A DNA stretch of 60,720 nucleotides, the filler included, from Actinomycetota bacterium (GTDB lineage Bacteria > Actinomycetota > Acidimicrobiia > IMCC26256 > VFJJ01), in NCBI GenBank assembly GCA_009886115.1. It is 4 parts of 4 records of this genome, joined end to end, with 100 filler letters (N's around TTAATTAATTAA, not from the genome) between each part and the next. Parts side by side here need not be neighbours in the genome. Positions count along the whole stretch, not along the records: positions 5,419 to 32,765 come from VFJJ01000011.1; positions 32,866 to 55,015 come from VFJJ01000219.1; 2 more parts are not named here. One strand, written 5' to 3'. A program made the position numbers and the translations under genes. The notes beneath the pieces are model-generated. The model searched no databases. It saw nothing but the letters and a program-made list of their open reading frames with translations, and was not told where the DNA came from. Positions 29,273 to 39,262 of the stretch are shown in pieces (positions within the stretch are counted from its first letter, which is position 1; the number at the start of each line of letters is the position of its first letter).

Positions 29273-31789
29273 TCAGCGCCGGCCCGGCCACGACGACGCC
29301 CGACCCACCGGCTCGAGCATGTCGTGGCGGTCATGGGCGTCGTCGGGGTCGGCGATGCGACGCAGGAGCGGCCGGGGGTCGAGCGATCGCCGGACGATGT
29401 GACGCCACGACATGCCGTCGTTGATCGCATGGTCGACCCGGGCGTAAGCGTCCCACGCCAGGCCGACCTCCTCGGCTGAGGGATCGACGGGGGAGTACGC
29501 CCCCTGGGTGTGCCATCCGGCGAGCTCGACGAGCGGCGCGCCGATCGTCGAGGCCTGCTGTCCCTGCACGTCGGCCGCGGTCTCGAGCGGGGTCGATGAC
29601 GAGTCGATCCCCACGCCGGCCTCGAGCAGCCGGTCGACGGCCTCGTGCCATGCGCCTTCGATCGCCTGTGCGGTCACCGCCGCGCCGCGCCGACGCCGTC
29701 GCCGGATGCGCTTGGCCGCCACCACCACGACCGGGTAGAGCACCGCGGCGGTCACGAGCAGTGCGATGGCCCAGCGAAGGACCGTGCTCGTCGTGGAGCG
29801 CCCGGTGTCGTCGGTCGGCGTCGTCCCTCCCGTGGCCTCGATCTCACCAGGGAAGGCCGGCTCGGTGAACGGTGTGGTCGTTCCGGTGGCCGTGGCCGGG
29901 GTCTGGCCCGGCGCGGTCACCGTGGTGGTGGTCGCCTGCGGCGTCGGCTCGCCGTCGAGGTTGGGAGTGGCTGCGGTGCCGGTGTAGTCGCTCGGGGAGG
30001 GCAGCCCGCGGCCCGGGGTGGGTTCGAACGCCACCCATCCGTATCCCTCGAAGAGCACCTCGGGCCAGGCGTGGGCCTTGTCGGTGTTGACCGTGTAGGT
30101 GTTCGTGCTCGGATCGAGCTCTCCGGGGGTGAAGCCGATCGCGATGCGGGCCGGCAGCCCCAGCGAGCGGGCCATCACGGTGAAGGCCGAGGCGAACTGC
30201 TCGCAGTAGCCCCGCTTGGTCTCGAAGAGGAACGCCTCGAGCGCATCCTCTGACACGCCGTTCGGGGCGTCGAGGTCGTAGGTGTAGTTCGCCGGATCGC
30301 GGAAGTGGTCCTGGAGGGCCCGAGCCCGGTCGTAGTCGGTTGCCTGGCCGGCCGTGACCGCGGCCGCCAGCTCTCGGACCGAGCCGGAGACGCTGTCGGG
30401 CAGCTCGACGAAGGCCGCGGCGTCGTCGCCGGTGGTGACGCTCGCCGTTCGCAGCTCGTCCCCTGTGTAATCGGGGAGCTGCGACACGACCTCGTATCGC
30501 CGTCCCTGGCCCAGCGCGCCTTCGGAGGCCACGAGCGTCCCTGTCCGCTCGACGAAGGTGGTCCCGTCGAGGTCGATCGAGAGCGGCCGGTAGGCGGCCG
30601 GTATCCAGTCACCGCTGAGGCCGATGATCTCGAATTGTTGGGTCACGAGGCTGGTCTCGACGGCGGGGCCGAGATCGGAGGCGAGCTGGCCGTCGGCGTC
30701 GCCCGCTCCCGCCTTGGAGCTGAATTCCCGGCCGTCGAACTCGTCGAGCGCGGTGAGCCGCCAGTACGTGGGCCGGTCGGGCTCACCGACGGTGACGGCG
30801 AACATGTCGATCGGTGGTTCAGCGTGGAGGCGGGTCCGGAGGCTCACGAGCGGGCTCACCACGGTTCGAGAGCGTGGACGGTTGTCGCCGCCACCCTTGA
30901 AGTCGACGAAGGCGTCGGCCTCGGCGCCGGGCAGGAGGGGCCCGGCGAGCGCGGCCAGCAGCGCCACGATGAGCGCGATCGGAACGGTGGCCTGCAGGGC
31001 CCAGACCCACGGGGCCTGTCGATTGGGCGAGGCCAGGACGGGCCGGTTGGCCGTGGCCAGGGCCGTCGACTGGAGGGCCACGAACACCAGAGCACATGCC
31101 ACGAACGCCACGGTCACGAGGGGCTCGGGGTCGGGCCGCTCGATCGCCACGAGGTAGGCGAACAGGCCGAGCGGTGGCACGAGGGGGGAGAGCACCCCGT
31201 CGGCCCCGGCGGCGAGCCAGAGCGCCAGCGTGGCCGAGAGCCACGTGGCGACCACAGCCATGGCGAGGTAGCCGTCCTGCAACGGGATCGGGGGAGCGTC
31301 GGTGCGGAGCGTGTCGAGCGAATCGCCGATGGAGGTTGCGATCGCCCGCCAGGTGGCCTCGCCCGGGAATCCGAACGTCGTGGTCTCGGGGGCGATCGTC
31401 CAGGCGCCGTAGAGGCCGAGGGCGACGAGCGAGATCACCAACGACATCAAGGGTTTCCAGCCGCTGCGATTGGCGAGCCAGAAGATCACGGCCGGGACGA
31501 TCGCCGACCCGTACACCGCCGGCCGGAACCCGGTGGCCCCGAAGATGTGCTCGAAGCCGAGGGCTGCGACGAGCGTGAGCCCGGCCAGGGCCAGCATCGG
31601 ACTCCGGTTGGGCGCGGTGTCGGACGATGTCGCGGCCTGCGGCCCATCTCGGCTCGGAGCCGCGTTCGGAACCCCGCGCCGATGCGCCCTCCGAGGCGCG
31701 TTCGGGACCGTGCCGGGGGCCGAGGCCCGACGTGCGGTCCGGGTCGCGGTCCGGGCCGCGCTGGGCGGTGTGCCCCTGGTCGTGCTCAC
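29273..31789 (-). CDS. TgpA-like membrane transglutaminase-domain protein
   Basis: Multi-TM N-terminus, YWR..LDEFDG, GYCEQFA (catalytic Cys), HAWPEV..GYGWVAFEPTP. GTGA overlap with the DUF58 gene. Confidence 0.9.
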   Translation of the reverse strand: MSTTRGTPPSAARTATRTARRASAPGTVPNAPRRAHRRGVPNAAPSRDGPQAATSSDTAPNRSPMLALAGLTLVAALGFEHIFGATGFRPAVYGSAIVPAVIFWLANRSGWKPLMSLVISLVALGLYGAWTIAPETTTFGFPGEATWRAIATSIGDSLDTLRTDAPPIPLQDGYLAMAVVATWLSATLALWLAAGADGVLSPLVPPLGLFAYLVAIERPDPEPLVTVAFVACALVFVALQSTALATANRPVLASPNRQAPWVWALQATVPIALIVALLAALAGPLLPGAEADAFVDFKGGGDNRPRSRTVVSPLVSLRTRLHAEPPIDMFAVTVGEPDRPTYWRLTALDEFDGREFSSKAGAGDADGQLASDLGPAVETSLVTQQFEIIGLSGDWIPAAYRPLSIDLDGTTFVERTGTLVASEGALGQGRRYEVVSQLPDYTGDELRTASVTTGDDAAAFVELPDSVSGSVRELAAAVTAGQATDYDRARALQDHFRDPANYTYDLDAPNGVSEDALEAFLFETKRGYCEQFASAFTVMARSLGLPARIAIGFTPGELDPSTNTYTVNTDKAHAWPEVLFEGYGWVAFEPTPGRGLPSPSDYTGTAATPNLDGEPTPQATTTTVTAPGQTPATATGTTTPFTEPAFPGEIEATGGTTPTDDTGRSTTSTVLRWAIALLVTAAVLYPVVVVAAKRIRRRRRRGAAVTAQAIEGAWHEAVDRLLEAGVGIDSSSTPLETAADVQGQQASTIGAPLVELAGWHTQGAYSPVDPSAEEVGLAWDAYARVDHAINDGMSWRHIVRRSLDPRPLLRRIADPDDAHDRHDMLEPVGRASSWPGRR

Positions 31790-32765
31790 GAACGCACCGC
31801 CATGGCCCGGGGGCGCCAGTGCTGCACGAGGTGGGTCCACAGGGCCGGGAACGGACTGTCGGACGGGAGGTCGGTGAGGATCACGCCCTTGCGGGGACGG
31901 GCGAAGGCCAGCGGCACCGCCGGCGTCTCGGCGCCGTCGCCGATCGGGGGCCCGAAGCGGACGATGGCGATGAAGCCGAACTGGCCGGCGAGGCGGAGCA
32001 GACGCGCCAGCTCGGCATCGGAGATGGCCCCCGTGAGCACCGTCAGGGCACCGCCGCCGCTGCGGGCCTCCAGGTCGTTGAGCGCCAGGGCGAACCGGTC
32101 GGTCGGCCCGGCCTGGATCCCGGCCAGGCGTTCGAGGGCGGTGTCGATCCCGTCGGACACCGTGTGGGCCGCTTCGGACGAGAAGACGAGATGAGGGGTT
32201 CGTCGGGCCCGGGAGCCGGCGATCACGAGTGATGCAGCCGCTTCGACGGCCGCTTCGAAGACGGCGCCGGCGAGCGCGTCGGCGCGCGTGTCGAGCAGGA
32301 CCGCGTCCTTGGAATCCCAGGGCGCCTCGTGCTCACGGATCATGAGGTCCTCGGTGCGTGCCGACGTGGGCCAGTGCACGCGGCGGAGATCGTCGCCGAC
32401 GACGTACTCGCGCAGCGTGCGGAAGTCCTCGCCGACCGATGCCCGGCTCCGTACCGTGATCGAGCCCGATCGCTCGCGGCCCGCGGCGATGGGCATGGGC
32501 AACACGTCGTGGATCCGCGGGTAGACCGTGAACAGCGATCGCACCTCCGCCGTGCGCACGTGGCGGAACAAGCCCAGGGGATCACTCGACTCGACGGTGA
32601 CGGGGCCGATCTCGAACACGCCGCGTTGGGTGCTCGGCAGGCGATAGGCGGCCCGTCCGGCCTCACCGGGACGAAGCGGCGGCCCGACGAACCGGGCGCT
32701 GCGCGCACCGCCGTCGAACGCATCGGACAGCTCGACGTGCGACGACCGGTGGCGGCTGTGGTTCG
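31786..32765 (-). CDS. DUF58 protein (MoxR operon partner), 5'-truncated by contig end
   Basis: RGVFEIGP..DPLGL, LREYVVGDDLRRVHWPTSAR, LLDTR and FEAAVEAAAS. The frame is open up to the linker. Confidence 0.9.
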
Positions 32766-32865
32766 NNNNNNNNNNNNNNNNNNNNNNNNNNNNNNNNNNN
32801 NNNNNNNNNTTAATTAATTAANNNNNNNNNNNNNNNNNNNNNNNNNNNNNNNNNNNNNNNNNNNN
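32766..32865. other. Artificial contig linker
   Basis: N-run with central TTAATTAATTAA. Confidence 0.97.
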
Positions 32866-33130
32866 CTCGTACATGTACCGCCCCGAGGCCACCAAACGCA
32901 TGGCTCACGACCTGCCCGGGGCCCGGATCCTGATCTCGCTTCGCAACCCCATCGACCGGGCGTACTCGCAGTACGGCGCTGATTCGCAACATCGTCGGCC
33001 GCCTCAACGCGATCGACACCGAGTACCCGCCCATGGACGCCGAGCTGCGATCGCGACTCATCGACGAGTTCACCGAGGAGCGCCACGCCCTCGAGCGTTG
33101 GCTCGACCGCGACCTGTCGATCTGGGCCCG
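32866..33130 (+). pseudogene. Sulfotransferase fragment with internal deletion/frameshift
   Basis: YMY..LPGARILISLRNPIDRAYSQY (3'-PB motif) jumps at ~32974 into another frame carrying the family C-terminus YPPMDAELRSRL..F..E..LE.WL.RDLSIW. Confidence 0.7.
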
Positions 33131-33318
33131 GTCGAACGGTCGACGGGTGGTCGTGTCGGCAACGCGTCGCGGTCGTCAGTACCGGTCGTCAGAGCCGAGC
33201 GTCGGAGCCAACCGAGGACGCGGGCGATGTCCTGGGCCTGGATCCGGTCACGAGCGCCGTCTTGGTGCTCTCGTCGGGGGTCTCACTCCGCTCGTCGATG
33301 TGATAGCGATCATGGGCG

Positions 33319-34032
33319 ATGGGTCCTCATCTCAACCAACCCGGCGGGCCAACGCGAACGTCACGTCATCCCGCGGTCACCGGCCGCGAGCGCGAGCTCA
33401 GGCGGCTGGCCGACGCCGTCCGCCGTCTCACCGAGCTCACGTGCGTGCATGTCGCCGACGCCGACGTGACCACCGCCCTGGCCGAGGCGGTCGAAGCCGT
33501 CAACGCCCGCCTGGCACCGTTCGTGCCCGACCCGCTTCCGCCCCGATATCTCCACCCCGACCTGCTCTCGTCCGAGGAGCGCCATCCCCACGACGGGTCG
33601 CTGTTCGACTACGTGATCGGTCTGTACAACCCGCTGGCGCTCCCGGTCGAGATGGAGTGGGCCGACGGCGGTCGGGTGCTCGGACGGGCCCGGTTCACGC
33701 GGCCCTACGAAGGACCGCCAGGCTGCGTCCACGGCGCGGTCATCGCCGCCTGCTTCGATCAGGTGATGGTGCTGGCGATGATGTCGACCGGCAAGGGCGG
33801 CCCGACCGTGCATCTCAGCTACGACTTCACGCGTCCCACGCCCTTGCATCGCGAGATCGTCTTCGAGGCCGTGGTCGACCGGGTCGAAGGGCGCAAGATC
33901 TTCGTGGAGGGCCGTCTGCTCGACGGTGACGACGTGTGCGTGTCGGCCCACGGCATGTTCGTCGATCTCGATCGGGAAGCGATCGAACGGCTGGGTCATC
34001 GCGCGACGCCGGCCACGCCGACACCCGACTGA
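33319..34032 (+). CDS. PaaI-family (hotdog) thioesterase
   Basis: GLYNPLA, YEGPPGCVHGAVIAACFDQ, RPTPL and GRKI. Confidence 0.88.
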   Translation: MGPHLNQPGGPTRTSRHPAVTGRERELRRLADAVRRLTELTCVHVADADVTTALAEAVEAVNARLAPFVPDPLPPRYLHPDLLSSEERHPHDGSLFDYVIGLYNPLALPVEMEWADGGRVLGRARFTRPYEGPPGCVHGAVIAACFDQVMVLAMMSTGKGGPTVHLSYDFTRPTPLHREIVFEAVVDRVEGRKIFVEGRLLDGDDVCVSAHGMFVDLDREAIERLGHRATPATPTPD

Positions 34033-34092
34033 GCACCCTGCCGCCACCGAGCCGAGCCAAGTCCTGATCAACCACCGCCCGACGGAGTCGCC

Positions 34093-34944
34093 ATGACCGA
34101 CATCACCACCCTCGTCGACGGACGGGTCTTCCTCGAAGGCCCCCGCTGGCGCACCGACCGCCTCGTGTGCTCCGACATGCACGCGCACGAGGTGATCTCG
34201 GTCGCCGTCGACGGCGCCGTCTCGGTCGTCGCCTCGCTCCCCGGGCCACCCTCGGGCCTCGGATGGCTCCCTGACGGCCGTCTGCTCATCGTCTCGATGG
34301 AAGACCGTCTGCTCCTGACCCACGAGCGCGATGGCTCACTGGCGACGAGCGCCGACCTCTCGGTCGTGGCCCCACACGAGATCAACGACATGGTCGTCGA
34401 CAAGCGGACGGGCATCGCCTACGTGAGCCAGTTCGGCTACGACATGCACGGCGGCGGCACACCCCGACCGGCGCCACTGCTGCGGGCCGATCCCGACGGC
34501 ACGGTGTCTGCCGCCGCGCCCAACCTGCGCATGGCCAACGGCATGGCGATCACCGCCGACGGACGCACGCTCGTGGTGGCCGAGAGCGCGGGCAAGGCGA
34601 TCACGGCCTTCCGCATCGTCGACGACGGCTCGCTCACCGACCGGCGCATCTGGGCCGAGCTGCCCGACCATCCCGACGGCATCTGCATCGACGCCGCCGA
34701 CGGTGTCTGGATCGCGGCCCCTGTCGGCGACCGATTCGTTCGCGTCGTCGAAGGTGGCGAGGTCACCGACGTGATCGAGACCCCCGGTCGACACGGCATC
34801 GCCTGCGCCCTCGGTGGGCCCGACGGGCGCACGCTGTTCATGCTCACCGCCGAGACCCTGGGCAGCGCCGACGAGTCGCGCCGGCGCCGCAGCGCACGCA
34901 TCGAGATCGCCACGGTGGCCGTCCCCGGCTGCGAGTCTCCCTGA
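34093..34944 (+). CDS. SMP-30/gluconolactonase/LRE family protein
   Basis: FLEGPRW, PSGLGWLPDG, INDMVVD, ANGMAIT and PDGICIDA. Confidence 0.92.
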   Translation: MTDITTLVDGRVFLEGPRWRTDRLVCSDMHAHEVISVAVDGAVSVVASLPGPPSGLGWLPDGRLLIVSMEDRLLLTHERDGSLATSADLSVVAPHEINDMVVDKRTGIAYVSQFGYDMHGGGTPRPAPLLRADPDGTVSAAAPNLRMANGMAITADGRTLVVAESAGKAITAFRIVDDGSLTDRRIWAELPDHPDGICIDAADGVWIAAPVGDRFVRVVEGGEVTDVIETPGRHGIACALGGPDGRTLFMLTAETLGSADESRRRRSARIEIATVAVPGCESP

Positions 34945-34968
34945 AACCGCCACCCCTGCCCTGGGCGG

Positions 34969-35526
34969 TCACATCACGAGGTTGCCGTACATCTCTCCCA
35001 GCGGGTCGCTGATGAGCTCGACCCGCGCCCCGTCGGGATCGCGGAAATACAGCGACGAGTGGACGTTGAGCGTCTCGACGCCGGCCGCGGCGAGCTTGGC
35101 GCGCAGATGCTGCCACCGCTCGGGGGCCACCGAGATCGCCAGATGGTGCAGCCCGCCGAGGACCTCGGCGTAGTCACCGAGACCCAGCCCGGGCATGTCG
35201 AAGAACGCCAGCGCGTTGCCGTTGCCGATGTCGAAGAAGAAGTGGGTCGAGCCCTGGTAGTCGCGGTTCTCGAACAGCTCGGTGAGCGGGAACTCGAGCA
35301 GCTCCTGGTAGAAGCCGATCGTGCGCTCCACGTCGGCCGACAGCAGGGCCACGTGGTGCACACCCCGGGCCGAGCTGGGCGGTCGCTCGCCCGACGGTCT
35401 GAGATACCGGGCGCGCAGCGCGTCCCACTCGTGCGTGCGGTCGACGGCCACGCCGTGGCGGGCACCGGGCTCGGTCTGGTCGGACGCTGCTGACGGGTCG
35501 GACGGGTTGGTCTGTTCCGTGGTCAT
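34969..35526 (-). CDS. VOC/glyoxalase family protein
   Basis: GVHHVAL, HFFFDIGNG.LAFF, LHHLAI and SLYFRDPDGARVEL. Confidence 0.9.
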   Translation of the reverse strand: MTTEQTNPSDPSAASDQTEPGARHGVAVDRTHEWDALRARYLRPSGERPPSSARGVHHVALLSADVERTIGFYQELLEFPLTELFENRDYQGSTHFFFDIGNGNALAFFDMPGLGLGDYAEVLGGLHHLAISVAPERWQHLRAKLAAAGVETLNVHSSLYFRDPDGARVELISDPLGEMYGNLVM

Positions 35527-35575
35527 GGTCGTGACCCCTCTCGGTCTCGGGGTGGTGCTGGTGTGGTCGACTCTC

Positions 35576-35619
35576 TCGGGTGATCGCCGTCAACTCGGTC
35601 GGGTGGTCGCCGTCAACTC
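35576..35619. repeat. 23-bp-period imperfect tandem repeat between pirin and VOC genes
   Basis: TCGGGTGATCGCCGTCAACTC (35576) and TCGGGTGGTCGCCGTCAACTC (35599), 20/21 identical. Confidence 0.75.
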
Positions 35620-36352
35620 AGGCGGTGGCCCAGATGATGACCTCGGCCCCGTCGGCGCCGGCCCGGAGATCGATCGGCCCGGCTCCGGTGAGTCGAGCCG
35701 CGTCGCCCTGGCTCAACGCGGCAGCGTCGTTGTCATCGGCGCCGAGCGTGGCCCCGCCGACAGCGACGAACACATGGGTGTGCGGCGCGTCGGGGACGCT
35801 CACCGTCTCACCGTCGCGCAGCCGACCGACCCAGAGCTGGGCATCCCGTTGGTGGACGGTGACCGCGGCATCGGCCCCGGCTGAACCCCCGGCGGCCACG
35901 AGCACCAGCCCACCCCGGTCGAGCTCGGTGTTCACATCGACCTGCTGATAGCTCGGTTTCACCCCGGTCGTGTCGGGTAGCACCCACATCTGCACGAGAC
36001 GGACGTCGGCCACCTGGCTGCCGTTGTGCTCCGAATGGCGGATACCACTCCCTGCGCTCATGCGCTGAGCCAGACCCGGGTACAGCACACCGTGATTGCC
36101 CTCGGAGTCGCGATGAACGAGCTCACCGTTCAGCACCCAGGTGACGATCTCCATGTCGCTGTGCGCGTGGGTGCCGAACCCGCCACCGCCGCCGATCACG
36201 TCGTCGTTGCTGACGAGCAGGAGGCCGTGACGGGTGTTGGACGGGTCGTAGTGGTTCGAGAAGCTGAACGAGTGCCACGAGTCGAGCCACGACAGGCGGC
36301 TGTGGAACCGATCGGTGGCACGGCGGACGTCGAGCGTGGTGGAAGCAGTCAT
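35618..36352 (-). CDS. Pirin family protein (YhhW-like)
   Basis: WLDSWHSFSF, GFGTHAHSDMEIVTWV, HRDS, QRMSAGSGIRHSE and QMWV. Confidence 0.94.
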   Translation of the reverse strand: MTASTTLDVRRATDRFHSRLSWLDSWHSFSFSNHYDPSNTRHGLLLVSNDDVIGGGGGFGTHAHSDMEIVTWVLNGELVHRDSEGNHGVLYPGLAQRMSAGSGIRHSEHNGSQVADVRLVQMWVLPDTTGVKPSYQQVDVNTELDRGGLVLVAAGGSAGADAAVTVHQRDAQLWVGRLRDGETVSVPDAPHTHVFVAVGGATLGADDNDAAALSQGDAARLTGAGPIDLRAGADGAEVIIWATA

Positions 36353-36368
36353 GTCGGCCCCAACATTC

Positions 36369-36382
36369 GTTGCGTTCGCAAC
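36369..36382. promoter_or_regulatory. Palindromic operator upstream of pirin gene
   Basis: GTTGC-GTTC-GCAAC, 17-30 nt upstream of the ATG, flanked by CAACATTC direct repeats. MarR-type operator is an inference. Confidence 0.5.
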
Positions 36383-36405
36383 ATTCCCCGCCACATGATC
36401 TCCCG

Positions 36406-37119
36406 TCAGCGCGCGTCGATGGTGAAGAACGCCTCGGCGAACCGCCCGGGTGGCCATCCAGCGCTCTCGGCCGTGACGCCCATCCAACCCCGCACCCGCT
36501 CCCTGACCCCCGCCGGATCCTGGTGCTGGCTCTCGTGGCACAGGAGCGCCTCGATCTTGCGCTCGACCGCGTCGGTGACGTCGACCAGGTGATCGGGGGA
36601 AGGGTGCGCCATGAGCCAGACCTCGTCGACCGAGTGGGCCACCCAGCCCTCCTCCAGCAGCTCGGGATGGGCGTAGGGATTGCGCGAGTCGGGGTACACC
36701 GCAGCCAGCGCGGCCACCCCCACGGCCAGGTGGTCGGGATGACTGGGGTACATCCGCTTGAGGATGCGATCGGGTGACGGCTGCAACACCCGCTGCGGGC
36801 GGGCCTGACGGATCACGCGGGACAGATCGCGCCGGAGCTCCATGGTGGCTTCGACGCGCCCGTCGGGGTAGCCGAGGAAGATCAGCGTCTCGACCCCCAC
36901 CACCTTGGCGGCCGCGGTCTGCTCGGCCCGACGGATCGAGCCGATCTCGCTGCGAGGTACGGCGTCGTCGAAGCCTCCGGCGTCGCCGTCGGTGACGAGG
37001 CAGTAGCTCACCTCGATGCCGGCATCGGTCCACATCGCAACGGTGCCGGCGGCGCCGAAGTCGATGTCATCGGGGTGCGCGGCGATCACCAGCGCCCGTT
37101 CGATCGGTGCGTCGCTCAT
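36406..37119 (-). CDS. PIG-L family deacetylase
   Basis: AHPDDIDF, TDGDAG, RRAEQ..AA and HPDH. TACGAT 6 nt before the ATG. Confidence 0.92.
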   Translation of the reverse strand: MSDAPIERALVIAAHPDDIDFGAAGTVAMWTDAGIEVSYCLVTDGDAGGFDDAVPRSEIGSIRRAEQTAAAKVVGVETLIFLGYPDGRVEATMELRRDLSRVIRQARPQRVLQPSPDRILKRMYPSHPDHLAVGVAALAAVYPDSRNPYAHPELLEEGWVAHSVDEVWLMAHPSPDHLVDVTDAVERKIEALLCHESQHQDPAGVRERVRGWMGVTAESAGWPPGRFAEAFFTIDAR

Positions 37120-37132
37120 CGGACGATCGTAC

Positions 37133-38215
37133 CTACGCCTCGTCGACCTCGACCCAGATTCCGTCTGCCGCACTCGATCGACGAGCCGCGTCGATCACCA
37201 GCTGCGCGGCCAGGCCGTCGTGAAACGTGGGAGTGGGCGGTGCGTCGGCCGACGGTGTCATGCCGGCGATCTCGTCTCTGAACCGCTCGGCCAGCCGGAC
37301 GTAGGGCCCCAGCTCGAGATGGGTGAACGCCTCTCGGGGATCGGCGCTCGGCGCGGGAGGAAGCGGAACCTGCAGGTCGGGCGCGACGTCGAGACGGTGC
37401 GAACCGTCTCGATAGCCGAGCCAGGCATCGGTGCCGTCGGTCCACACGCTCCCCAGCCGACCGAACACCCGCGTGATGCGCGACGGCGTCCCGAACGCCG
37501 AGGCGCAGTGTTGCGCGCTGGCAATGGCACCCGAGGCGAAGCGCAGCGTCAGTGTGTAGCTGTCTTCGGCCGAGCCTGCTGGACGGTCGCCGATCACCTG
37601 GAGGTGAGCGCTCACGGCGACGATCTCGCCCATCCAGGTGCGGAAGCGGTCGATCACGTGCACCCCGGCGGCATTGAGGATCCCGCCCCCTCGGGTCGGG
37701 TCGAACCACCACTCGTCGTTGAACGCCTTGGGGAGGCCGGAGGCCACGAGTGCGCTGTGCTGGACGAAGCTCGCCAACGCCGGCTCACCGAGGATCCCGC
37801 TGCGGATCACCCGACGGACCATCGCCTCGTCGGGCGCCCAGCGGAACTCGGTGCCGAGCATGTGCACGACGCTGGCCGCTTCGGCGGCCCGAAGCATGCG
37901 CCGGGCGTCGGCGGCGCTCGTCGCGAACGGCTTCTCGCACAGGACGTGCTTCCCGGCGGCGATCGCCGCGAGCACGGGGGCGACGTGGGCGTCGGGCGGG
38001 GTGGAAATGGCCACAGCTGAGACGCCCGGCACCGCCATGGCTTCGACGAGATCGGTGCACGCAAGCGGCACGTCGAGCTCGGCAGCTCGTTGCTTGGTTC
38101 GGACGGAATCTCGCCCGACGAGGGCCACCACGTGGAACCCCGCGGCTCGCAGCGCCGGTACCTGGATCCGCCCACCGAAGGACGAACCCACCACGATCGC
38201 CGACACCACGTCCAT
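37133..38215 (-). CDS. Gfo/Idh/MocA family oxidoreductase
   Basis: ISTPPDAH, GKHVLCEKP, EFR and GGG.L...GVHVID. Confidence 0.92.
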   Translation of the reverse strand: MDVVSAIVVGSSFGGRIQVPALRAAGFHVVALVGRDSVRTKQRAAELDVPLACTDLVEAMAVPGVSAVAISTPPDAHVAPVLAAIAAGKHVLCEKPFATSAADARRMLRAAEAASVVHMLGTEFRWAPDEAMVRRVIRSGILGEPALASFVQHSALVASGLPKAFNDEWWFDPTRGGGILNAAGVHVIDRFRTWMGEIVAVSAHLQVIGDRPAGSAEDSYTLTLRFASGAIASAQHCASAFGTPSRITRVFGRLGSVWTDGTDAWLGYRDGSHRLDVAPDLQVPLPPAPSADPREAFTHLELGPYVRLAERFRDEIAGMTPSADAPPTPTFHDGLAAQLVIDAARRSSAADGIWVEVDEA

Positions 38216-38427
38216 TGCACGCAACGTAGCTGAATTGACCACGAACAGGGAAGTCGGATCCCTCGTCGACCAACGAGTTCAGCCGGTGTGGACGTGGCCA
38301 CCGGGGGTGACCTGGAACCGGGGTTCGATCGGGCAGCGGCGCACCACCGTGTTCCACCGAGGGCATGGCCACGGGACCCCATGTCTGAGCCTCGCCCGCG
38401 ACGGCCTCGGGCGACAGACTGACACGC

Positions 38428-39219
38428 ATGACGCGACGGGGGAACGCTCTCGATGGATCGGTGGCGCTGGTGACCGGTGCCGGGCAGGGGATCGGGCGGG
38501 GCATCTCCCGGGCCCTCGCCGACCAGGGGGCGTCGGTGGTCGTGGCCGACATCAACGTCGACACGGCGGCGGCCGTGGCCGCCGAGATCGAGGCCGACTT
38601 CGGTGACGGGCGGGCGTTGGCTCGACGGTGCGACGTGACCGCGCGGGAATCGTGCGAAGCAGCCGTCGCCTTCGCCACGGAGCGGTTCGGGCACCTCGAC
38701 GTGCTCGTCAACAACGCCACCTGGACCCGGTCGTTCGTGCCCTTGGTCGACACGACCGACGACGATCTGGCCCGCACGCTCGACACCAACCTCTGGGCCA
38801 CGTTCCACACGATGCGAGCCGCGTATCCCCATCTTTCGGCGTCCGCTCGCGCCGGCCGGGTCGCCCGGGTGATCAACCTCTGCTCGGCGGCCGGAACCGA
38901 GGGCCACGCCGGGTTCTCGGCCTACGCCGCGGCCAAGGAGGGAGTGCGGGCGCTCACCAAGGTCGCAGCACGCGAGTGGGGTCGCGACGGCATCACCGTG
39001 AACGCCATCTGCCCCTACGCCAACAGCCCGGCGATGGAGCGCACGGCCACCGAGCGACCCGGTCGCATCGAGAAGGCGCTCAAGCGCGTCCCCATGGGGC
39101 GACTGGGCGATTGCGAGGCCGACATCGGACGCATGGCCGCGTTCCTGGCCGGTCCCGACGCCAGTTATCTCACCGGCCAGACCTACTTCGTCGACGGCGG
39201 CGTGGGGATGGTGAAGTAA
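38428..39219 (+). CDS. Short-chain dehydrogenase/reductase
   Basis: TGAGQGIG, VNNA, YAAAK and VDGG. Confidence 0.93.
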   Translation: MTRRGNALDGSVALVTGAGQGIGRGISRALADQGASVVVADINVDTAAAVAAEIEADFGDGRALARRCDVTARESCEAAVAFATERFGHLDVLVNNATWTRSFVPLVDTTDDDLARTLDTNLWATFHTMRAAYPHLSASARAGRVARVINLCSAAGTEGHAGFSAYAAAKEGVRALTKVAAREWGRDGITVNAICPYANSPAMERTATERPGRIEKALKRVPMGRLGDCEADIGRMAAFLAGPDASYLTGQTYFVDGGVGMVK

Positions 39220-39262
39220 CGCCCCGGCGCCCCGGCGCCCCGGCGGTCGGCGTGTCGCGTCT

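Noticed and set aside
29273..32765. TgpA-DUF58 pair as a novel system
   Set aside because: Well-known MoxR-DUF58-transglutaminase operon; the MoxR gene is probably beyond the contig break.
39220..39246. (CGCCCCGG)x3 and similar micro-repeats (18720-18760, 13045-13090)
   Set aside because: Low-complexity slippage repeats typical of high-GC DNA; no functional evidence.
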